A stretch of 61,865 nucleotides of DNA, counting the filler, from Basidiobolus ranarum (lineage: Eukaryota): assembly GCA_040143965.1 (NCBI GenBank). It is 11 parts of 11 records of this genome, joined end to end, with 100 filler letters (N's around TTAATTAATTAA, not from the genome) between each part and the next. Parts side by side here need not be neighbours in the genome. Positions count along the whole stretch, not along the records: positions 50,725 to 56,245 come from JASJQH010008443.1; positions 56,346 to 61,865 come from JASJQH010008444.1; 9 more parts are not named here. The stretch is one strand, 5' to 3'. Positions 51,906 to 61,865 of this stretch are shown piece by piece. Position 1 is the stretch's first letter. Every line of letters begins with the position of its first letter. The notes under the pieces were generated by a model. That model was given only the letters and a program-made list of their open reading frames with translations. It was not told the DNA's origin and made no database searches. The translations under genes and the position numbers were made by a program.

Positions 51906-54900
51906 ATGTCAAATCTTACCGCAGAGCAACGGTCACTTTACGATTTAATTGTACAGGTACAGTTTTCTTCAGTCGAACCTTTATTTCCCTGTTCAAAATT
52001 TTAATCACTTTATTATATGCGAACAGTCTATTCAGCGCGATGTTAATCGGTTGGAGGACGCTGGAACCGATCGAGTTAGTAAACGTCGTGCATTGGAAAG
52101 TATCGAAAAGGTTATCTTCGGAAGTGAAAAGGCTGAAGATATTTATATCGTACTTTTTGATACTCTTGGTGCCACTCTATTGAAAATGAGTGTTGATTCG
52201 GTGGAAAAGTGCCGAGAATTAAGCGTTAAAATAATCGCAAAGTAAATTTACCATACCTGTATTATGCTGAAAAAACGAACCTCTCTAACTGAAGCAATAT
52301 TGAAGATTTATGAAGTCAGAAAAAGTCTCTCCTATCAGTCATGTTTTAAAAGTTTTGAATGTAGCCAAGGACAGACTAACTGGTGCTAATATTGAAAACG
52401 TCGAGGAAATTCGCTTAGAGTGGATTGAGGCATGCGGAGAAATTATAAAGCAAGGCCGTATAGAAGGTGACCAACTGAATACTCTGGTCGAAATATTGCA
52501 GGCTAGCTTACAAGATAGTTTTCCTGAACTCAAAAAAGTAATCATTATGAACTGTAAGATATTCAAATGACTTGCTAATTATGATTGATTTTACAGCGCT
52601 CTGTCCAGCTAGTAATTGAACTTGGAAGAGAGATAGGAAAGAACCTTCGTTTGCATGCCCAACCTTTAATCAAAGCATTGATTCCTTCATTAGCACATCG
52701 ACACTCGTCTGTAAGAATACTCACTCTTCAAGTAAGTATCTTTGGTGGATTATGTGATGTGAATTTTTCAGAATTTTAACTCTCTTGTCGACAGGCTCTT
52801 CAAGTATTGATTGAACTTGACATCGCTGGTCTCGACTTGGTACTAGACCACTTGCACAAACTCATCTTTGATAAATCAGCCTCAGTCCGTGAAGTGCTTT
52901 ACACTGTAGTCAAGGAGTGGATATATCAAAGATCTGGCGACAAATCCAGTTTCAAAATATTGCCAATTTTGCTGGCTGGAATTTCTGACGAAGTGATGAA
53001 TCTACAATCATTATGTAGACAATACCTTTGTGATTTAGGCCAAGCATATAGCGGCGGAGACGTGAATCCAGGTAAAATAATAACTCTGCCTCATATCTTC
53101 AAAGCAAGTACAATTTTAACATTACAAAATAGATCTATCTGCGCAGGCTTTGGTCAGAGATTCAGTCCAATATACCCTTCCGTTGATTCTTGAAGATAGT
53201 CAGCACTGGAGCGCTACCAACAGAGCGTTGGCTTTAAAGGTTCTTGACACATTTATTGAGTATGCAAGAGATGCGATTGAGAGCTATACTGCCTTAGTAT
53301 TACAGAACCTCTATGTGCAAGTTCAGCACAAGGACTCAACCGTCGTCGGTCAGGTACATGATATTTGTTATTGTCATCTAGTATACATTTGACCCCTTCT
53401 GACACTGACTTAGGGAATAAAATGCGCTGAAACCTTGGGGAGATTTGTGAATCCTGCGATTTATGCTCATCTAACGATGCAACAAGTGAAACTAGCCAAC
53501 GAAGAAGTCCGAGCTAGCTTTTTAATGATTCTCGCAGCATTCATTCGCGGATCTTCTTTTTCACAACTTAACGAAATCTCGCCATGGTTAGTGGAGAGCC
53601 TTTGTGACAAAAAGCTTATCCGAGAAGATGAATGCTTGCAGAGAGTGGTAGACATCGCGTATAGCCTGGTGACAAAGATGTCTGAAGAAAACATTTCACT
53701 CTCAAAATCTCAAGAAGGATATAAATTATTTTATCTTTTCCTAACTCTTCAAAACGATCAACAGGTAAACATTTTAAAGGATCAAAGCTATTCATCTTGT
53801 GGCAATGGCCTAATATATATCAACAATACTTAGAGCGCCGAAAAGGTTACTTCAGGAATTTCGTTTCTTGCTACTGCCCATGGACTTACCGATCCTAGCG
53901 ATCTTTATTCCATGTATTTTGACGACCTTCTTGTTAGCCTAAGGGGTAATGAACACAAGTGGGCCGTGAACTCTATGGAACTTCGCATCTTTAGGCACGT
54001 ATTGATCGGAGCTAATAATTCTATTGAGAACCATCTCGAAAGCATCTTTACTTCTTTGAAGAATCTCACTGATGTCAAAAAGGAAGTTGAACTAAGAATC
54101 AGGTATGTGCACTCCTGTCGATTTAGTCCTAGTTTAAATACTAATGAGTTGTATAACAGTGTTTTCCAAACTATGACAAATATATTTGGTTCCTTTAACA
54201 AATGGGATCGATACACCATCCCAATCATCTTTGATATTATTTTGCCCAACCTTGAGTATCGTCCACCTCAAAAAACCCCAGGAGTAAGAGCTGCCGCGAT
54301 GGAAAGTCTCTATGCTTTGGTAGAATCAAACTCTTCAAGTGCAAACTATACTCCAGAACAATCAAATCAATTAGTCATGGTTTTATGCCAGGCACTGGAA
54401 GATGAAATTCCGGAAACTCGCTTCAAGTCTTTGAAACTTCTTCAAGTATTTACCAAAGAATCCTCGACAAAAGCACCTATCAGTAAGTAAATACGGAGTG
54501 AGTCGTCTTTCTTATCTAGACTAATCATGTTTTCAGATAATTTAATCTTCATCATGTATCCCGAAATCTTGAAGAGACTTGATGATGCTCAAGATGAAGT
54601 TAGGAACGAGGCAGTCTTCGCCGTAGCACAGTTAATGGAACTTATCTCTCCAGAGTTTGAAGAAAAACATGTGGAAACGATTTTGAAAGTATTGATGCTT
54701 CAACTCAACGATGATAATTTTGCGTATCAGGTATTATATTTTATAATATTTAATTTTGTTTATTTACCGCCCTAACCTTGTATATTTTTTGTCCAGAATA
54801 AGATTATTGCTGTTCTAACTGAAGCTTCAAAGAAATTCCCTTCTCAAACTCAATTAGTAGCCAAAGCAGTCCGCCCTATTCTTCAAAATACTAATGCTTT

Positions 54901-54925
54901 AGACCAGATTCAGGCAGGACTTTGA
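51906..54925 (+). CDS. DNAAF5: HEAT-repeat dynein axonemal assembly factor 5 (HEATR2) homologue, multi-exon
   Basis: IQRDVNRL..DRVSKRRALE, DSVEKCRELS, EEIRL, LQDSFPELKK, LAHRHSSVR, LIFDKSASVR, LLAGISDE and YPEILKRLDDAQDEVR match DNAAF5 hallmark segments as recalled. Intact frame across GT-AG introns. Confidence 0.75.
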
Positions 54926-55223
54926 AGTTTAGTTCAACTCTAATTCTCGCTTATCTTGGCCATCGGAGTTCATTCTTATCCCCCTCCTCTACCATTCATT
55001 CTGTACACTAGAACGTCTCTATTTTTCATATATAATTTATGGATAGGAGCAAGATAAATAGAAGTATTCTCTTGTTGCTTGATTTTAGAATAAATTATCC
55101 ATAATTTTTCCATGTGAATCTAATTTTTTGTTTCTACTTCTAATTACACCTTTGGTGATCACATGATATCACTTTTCAACCTTGAACAAAGGGTCAGTTT
55201 ATTCTTGGTTCGTAACTACACAA

Positions 55224-55816
55224 ATGGTAAGTAAACCTTCAGTATGATGTTCACCGTTCAAAGGATATTCAGTAATATCAATATTACTGAGAAACTATTT
55301 TCACAATATATCTCACTTTTCATTTGACTTATAATAAGCATTGTATTTTAACGAAACATGATTCCCTTTAGGCTGAACAAACATTTCAAGCACTTGCTTC
55401 CCTACCTAATCACGTAGGCTCCTTTGTCTCTGACTTAGATGGAAAATTGATCTCAGTAAGTCACCTCTCATTTGGCCAAAATAATCCTATGTTTAGATAT
55501 CTTTGAAAGATGATGTTGCTTCAATTTGTATTTTACTTGGATGTCACTAATGTCACTCCTTTGACACTAGTCTACCGGAGATTTTGGCAAACCTGATGAA
55601 GTGAAAACCGTCAAAGGTTTACTACAAGATGTATCTTTGCTTCTAAATAAGTCGGATAGCAGTGAATTACAAAGAGTGACAGGTGAGTTTAGTAAGCTTT
55701 TTGTGTGGGTATACTGTAAGTAATTAACAACTATATATTTAGTTCACGGGTCTCACTTCAATATTGCCATGACAGTTAACTCCGATCATATATATGCTGT
55801 AAAAGAAAGAAACTAG
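55224..55816 (+). CDS. LAMTOR4: Ragulator subunit LAMTOR4-like roadblock protein, 90 aa; exons 55224-55226, 55372-55455, 55571-55682, 55743-55816 (absent from ORF track)
   Basis: Spliced product MAEQTFQALASLPNHVGSFVSDLDGKLISSTGDFGK...LQRVTVHGSHFNIAMTVNSDHIYAVKERN* parallels the LAMTOR4 pattern (IPDQLGYLV..SSGDL..FKRLSV..VTVS..VFVVKR). Donors are canonical GTAAGT/GTGAGT. Confidence 0.72.
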
Positions 55817-56465
55817 CAATCTTTTATTTTTGCAATTCTTGCTTTAAACTTATCTTTAGTAACTAAGACTAGTAAATAAACTCCACGATCAAAAATTGCA
55901 TTATTGGATCCTCATTATAGAGAATGGATCCGTGAGATTCAAGTGTACCATTTTCTGTAGAAGCATAAAAATTTCAAGTGGCCAACACCACATTAAATTC
56001 AATACGGCCGTCTACTCAGCCAGAGTCATCATTCTCCGCCATGGCACTCAAAGTCCACGGATCTAGTTTATTAAGCTATTGAGAGTTTACCCATGACCCT
56101 TTTCCATCACTTCAGAAATAACCAGATTGCTGACTCGGATCCAAGTACTCTTCACAGTGATTTGTGTTCATCATTACTCTTGGAGGCACAAAGGTGCACA
56201 AGTATATTGCGCATGCAAATTTGGTATGAAGTGTTAAACCTTTCTNNNNNNNNNNNNNNNNNNNNNNNNNNNNNNNNNNNNNNNNNNNNTTAATTAATTA
56301 ANNNNNNNNNNNNNNNNNNNNNNNNNNNNNNNNNNNNNNNNNNNNTACTGCTATTAAAATTGTTTCTAATATTAGTAATGTAACTAAATATTTTCTTAGC
56401 TGCCCATTTTGATGAGGAATAGTTGACCAGCTTGCTAATATCGCTAATGGCATTATAAATGTAGT

Positions 56466-59323
56466 TAATATCTACAATTTCACCATCTCTTACGACTAGA
56501 ATCATATCGGCATGGACAATTGTGGAGAGGCGATGGGCAATGACCAAGGTAGTTCTATTTTTAGTCATAGACTTCAAAGCGGCTTGGATATGACGCTCAG
56601 TATTAGTATCAAGTGCAGAGGTGGCTTCATCTAGCAGTACGATTGGTGGATCTTTCAATATCGTCCGAGCGATGGCAACCCGTTGTTTCTCACCGCCACT
56701 CAACCTAAGACCACGCTCTCCAACCCTGGTGTCATAGCCATCAGGGAATGCAATGATTTTGTTGTGAATTCTGGCAGCTGAGGCAGCAGTCTCTACCTCT
56801 TTTTCAGTTGCATTAACTTTACCGTATCTGATATTGTAGCGAATATCATCATTGAAAAGGACGGTATCCTAAAAACCCAAATATGTTAAAGCCTATCGAT
56901 AAGTACGATACGAAGTAAATGCGAATAGCTTGCCTGAGGAACAACACCAATATGTCTTCTCAAATCTTTTTGCTTTACATGACGAATATCTTGCCCGTCG
57001 ATTAGAATTCTACCACTCTGAACATCATAAAAGCGGAAGAGTAAACGAAGCAGTGTACTTTTTCCGCTGCCTGACGGTCCGACCTTAAAATTAATGTTTA
57101 GACAAGGGGATAACGGGCCACCAAAATCCAAATTAAACCTACCAGCGCCACCGTGCTACCATGTGAAATCTTAAATGAGATATTTTTCAAAATATTGATC
57201 TTGTCGTCGTAGGAGAATGAGACATTTTCTAGATATTTCAGTTAATAACTTGCAATGTCGTGATATAGATATGCAAAAATCATACTTACCAAAGACAACA
57301 TCTCCTTTCTTTACAACCAATGCTTGGGCATCAGGAAGATCTCTGACCTCAATGGGTTCTTGGAATAGTTCGAGTAGGCATTCCATATCAATGAAATTTT
57401 TCTGGATGAGCCTGTAGTAGCTTCCAAACCTGAGATTTGAGAAAATGTGTAAGTATATAAATACCAAAAGCGCTGCAGAGATGAAAAATACCAGTTCAAG
57501 GGTCCGTAGAGTTGAGTAATATAAGTCAAATACAGTACAAAGTCACCTATGGTCATTTCACGGTTGACCACTCTCTTCGCACACAAAAGACATCCTACTA
57601 AGAGGCCAACTTGTATGATTGTATTTTGGGTAGTATTGAGAAGACTGAGGGTAAAATTGTTCATCCAATCGGCATGTTGGTAGGCATCAACAGCTTCGGT
57701 ATACTGGGCCACTTCATAATCCTCAGCGTTGTAGTATTTAACAGTCTCAAAATTCAACAACGAGTCTACAGCTTTGGCTTCCATAGCATTGTCCAACGTA
57801 TTCGCAAGACGACGGTATTTGGTTCTCCAATCAGTGATAATAATAGTTGATAGGATATACATCCCCATTGTAACAAAGACAATTGAGCCAAAATAAATGT
57901 CAAAGTGATAGGTAAGATAGGCGCAAGCCACACCAATATCTACAAGTGTAGGGACGATGTTGAAAAAGAGAGAGTTCAATAGGGACACAATACTAGCCAC
58001 TCCACGATCTATACAAGAATAAGTTAACTATGATACTTTGCCATTGGACAATCAAATCAAAAAGCCTACCCTGAACTCTGAGAACCTCTCCCGTTTTACG
58101 ATTGATATGGAAACGAAGCGATAGATTGTGTAAATGCTTGAACATCTTAACTGAAATGGCCTTGGTGGTGTACTAAAAATAAAAATCATCATTAAAATAC
58201 TGATCAAACCTCTAGGCTTTACAACTATGCCGACTTACCTGTCCTACTGGGATCCAGAAAATTTTCTGTGTGGAGCTGATTAATCCAACGCTTCCTTGTA
58301 GAAACCTTAAAAATACGAAATAGAGAATACGATCCCACGCAAAGTACGGAGTCGACTTATCATCACCTCCCAAAGAATCGACTACATCTTTGAATCCACG
58401 AGGAACAAGGAAGTTTACGACATTGCCAAGCATAAGAAGCAATATGCACATGACGATCATGAATTGTAGATAGAGATTGTCGGATGGCCAGAGAAACGGT
58501 AATAATAACTTGACTCGCTGATAAAACTTGCGGATTTTCCCTTGGGGAACATTAGACTTCAAACGAGGAACATATATTCCCTCTTCAACATCATCATCGC
58601 TATCACTAGTCGCGTTGTGTAAAAGAGAAGAGCGTTCAGTTCGAGATCCGTGTGTGAATTTCAAGAAAGGTAAGATTATTCCGGAGATTCCCATGAACGT
58701 ATTTAAAAGATAGCGAGTAGCAAATACGACAAAATAAACAATACTGGTATCCTTGAAAATATCTTTCGTTACATCTTTGTGGGCAAAATGGGTGATTAAG
58801 AGGTATAATTGAACGTTGGCTGCAATGTAGGACCAGACCCAAAATCCTCTATTGATCCAGCTATATCGCGTCTTTTTTTTCTTTTCTCTTTGAGTAAGAT
58901 ATGAGGTCAAGAACCAACTGACGAAGTTCGCTATAGACAAAGCGAGCAAAAAATAATCAACACTCTCTCCTTTGAATGGTTGAGGGAAAATAAGAACAAC
59001 AAGATCTATTATGCAGATATAGACTAGAAAACGGGATGCTTTCTTGCATAGCTTGGCTATCTTTCGACCTAAAGGGGAATATCGGGGAGGAGGCTTAGGC
59101 GAAGAAGTGGTAGTGGATGAACTTGCTCCATAAGACGCAGAGCCTAATTTTAATAACCTGAATTAGTTCTTACCAACAATTATTTCTTCAAAATTGTGTG
59201 TTTACCGTTAACATTAGTGAGCGGGGTTTCCCATTTATCAAGAAAATATAGACGAAGTGAACCTAACGTAAGTTGATATATAGCAGGGCTTAACAGTAAG
59301 AAATGATACGGTGTCAAATCCAT
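56466..59323 (-). CDS. HMT1: Half-size ABC transporter, HMT1/ABCB6 (heavy-metal tolerance) type; 3' end not resolved
   Basis: N-terminal extra TM region, [41 protein letters not shown], Walker [10 protein letters not shown], signature [13 protein letters not shown], Walker [11 protein letters not shown] and IAHRLST. Confidence 0.9.
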
Positions 59324-61865
59324 TGAGCCTTTTATCGAAAGTAAACCGCTGAGCAAAGACTAAAATGTACGGCAAGGAGTAATCGGATTGGTATAGTAGC
59401 GTAAAGTAGGCGTAAGGTAAAGACTTGTACTAAAATCCCATGTAAAATTGGTGGAAAACAAAAGGGTTAAGCGCAATAATAACCGTGACCTTCGTAAGAA
59501 AAAGGAAAAAAATGAAGCAATCAAATAAGTAGACAAATACAGGTTCTGGAAAAGGATGACCTAATTAGATAAATAGCCAAATTATTTTGAAATCTTGACT
59601 TTTAATTTGATTACAGGTTAGCAGGAAGCAAGTGTAGATATCGACACAGTAGAAATTGAAATAACTTATAATGGATACGATGACTACTGATGTTGTCATC
59701 CAATGATCGGATTTGTAGAAGCCAATGGTAATTGTGAAAACTTGGAATGTGACATCAAGACTTGACAGTCCAAATATACAGTGATCAATAGCAATTGATT
59801 CATGTTGCAAATAGAGACGAAAGCTGGGCGTCGTAACGGATTGTTAGGACGGAAGTGTCTCCGCAAACTAGTAATTTGATCGTGTCGCAGTAATGCAGAT
59901 TGTTCAAAGCTTGGCACCTGATTGAATCAAAGATATTGTTGATCTCTTAGCATACATTGTAGCCAATTTATTTAATTTGAGCACTGCGGTTGATGATGCA
60001 GTCGAGTTTCACTTTTGAAAGAGGTGATTCTATATGTTAAAGTAATGTATGACAAATTAGAGACAACTTATGCGCAGTTTCTTTCGACAACATTCGAATT
60101 CCTAGTTAATTTATTGTCATTAAGGTGGATGTGTTAGTCTGAATCTGTACCAACTTACGGCACCAAGACGATCAAGGGCGAATGTGGCTGTACTCAATAG
60201 CTCTCACCAGCTGCCTAATTGAGCTTAGTTATATTTGACATTGAATCATTTGCTAGCAGGACCAAGGATTTCAGTCACAGCCTAGATTTATACCTGACAT
60301 ATTATAACATGAGTGATGAGCTGTTTATGGGGCAAGAGATAGCCATACTGAAAAGTTACATGTGTAGTCTGAATATAGCTGGCTTATTTAAAATACATAG
60401 CAGGGAGAAGTAGGTAATTGCTATTCCACATTTGAATCCAAGCAAAACGGATTCAAAAGAAGCTTCATTTGGGATTTTCTCTTCCCTGAAAAGTTGATTC
60501 CAACAAAGCAGAAGTATCATTCCGCTCAGTTTATATCAAATTTTCCGAGTTGGTGGACTTGAAAAATAGCTCTAGTCATTAAACAATAGTGCTTGTATGA
60601 GCTTCGAATTTTTGATAAATAAGATTTATAATGTCTTGGCACCGTTGGCTTCGAAGACATAATATCATCAGTGATAAGATAAAAAATATTGGCAAGATGT
60701 ACTTTGTTAGTTAAGGCGGAACCAAGTGTCTCGGCAGTATTCTAGATCTTCGATCGCATTTTCATGTTCATCTAAGGTTAGAATTGTTCTAATTCTGACA
60801 AAGGTTCGACGTTATGCAGGCAAAAGTAATTGTGTGATTTGAAGCATTACATGGTATTGACAAGTGAGCAATTAGCAGATTTGATACTTTTACAAGTTGC
60901 ACAAGTCAATCTCCAAATAAGCTCCTTGACAGGATGGATAGCACTTAACACTCATTATCTTGGTGCTTGTGAAGGATCGCATTGATGTTATCTATCAAGA
61001 TGTAATTGACAAGACACTTGTTGTTTAGAAATATCGGGTGACTAAGCATTATAAATGTACAGTAAGAGGTCACACAATGTGAATCAATTACTGAAATCGA
61101 ACGAATCAATAGCCAGTCGTGCCCCGGAGAATGGATAAACCTTACAACGACCATGAGATATATTGACAAAGTTTTTGTTTCTAGTGTGAACTGGAGTATT
61201 CTAAAAAGAGCAATCCATAGCATCTCGTTGAGCAAATCCAGTGCGCTCAAAGTAAATTCGGTGTTGATTCCCTTGTTGTGAGTGGCTATAGAGCTTACAA
61301 ACCTCTACTGGAACCTAATGCGCATATAGTCCGATTGCTCACGTGATACAGCCCAGATATACCAGAGATGATCTTGGAAAAAGTGATATTGTTGAACGAA
61401 TAGTGACTTCAGCAGCCCTTATTTCACGAAATACAGGAGCAGCGATTCTTCAGTGTTCTAAACGTACATTAGTCTAAAAGCTATAATTGTTACGTACTTC
61501 CAAACAGTTGCTCGTCCCGGCCTGTAGAAAGTATCATTAAGTGATCTATATTGAACTCAGGGTTGATCATGCACAAGATGCTGCTGATGGATGCTTTACA
61601 CAAATGGGACACTGTTCCACCAAGTCCTGAACATATATCAATTCTACTTCCTCCTTCCAAATCAATATCCAAGGACTAATCAGAATAGAGTTCTCATTGG
61701 ATTGGTTCATTTGGATGTTGGATTTCGCAAAGACTTGTCACAAGATGAAACCAATCAGCTCCAGTACAAGACGCATTGAATACGTGCTTTGGCCTCTTAA
61801 AGGGGACACACAAAAGCGATACTCTGTTCTTGGCAACAGACGGGCATCGGCCACCACGCTCCTCA

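Noticed and set aside
56346-56480. ABC transporter ending abnormally after DGEIV
   Set aside because: This could be an intron (GTAGAT donor, as in the tropomyosin gene) or a chimeric contig end. Pseudogenisation cannot be claimed.

Overview
This window is not one locus. It is 11 unrelated contigs of about 5.5 kb (5543 down to 5520 bp, sorted by length) joined by 100-bp N spacers that carry a TTAATTAATTAA stop linker: 1-5543, 5644-11185, 11286-16826, 16927-22464, 22565-28101, 28202-33736, 33837-39371, 39472-45000, 45101-50624, 50725-56245, 56346-61865. The DNA is AT-rich eukaryotic sequence with many short GT-AG introns. Gene content suggests an early-diverging fungus, plausibly Basidiobolus-like Zoopagomycota (inference only). 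Host genes: a membrane PDI/thioredoxin, an internally duplicated tropomyosin, NELF-B, histone H2A (partial), a tandem RING-H2 protein, a catalytically dead trypsin-like protein, a C2H2 transcription factor, an NRPS (partial), tRNA-Thr(CGT), Syp1/FCHo, threonine synthase (partial), DNAAF5/HEATR2, LAMTOR4 and an HMT1/ABCB6-type ABC transporter. Roughly a third of the sequence is decayed, CpG-depleted transposon DNA (Ty1/copia, chromodomain Ty3/gypsy and an unclassified ORF-bearing family). The best candidate for an undescribed system is at 50197-50624 (-): an apparently secreted, Kex2-processed repeat precursor. It would release two identical copies of DLHDLCGGWFCGHT, which has a C-x4-C ring and an N-terminal ATCUN motif, plus a variant ending ...DRFCEGWFC. 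The two repeats differ by 10 synonymous and 0 non-synonymous changes. The second highlight is a 272-aa tropomyosin whose duplicated exon pair can be skipped in frame to give exactly the canonical 161-aa fungal length.
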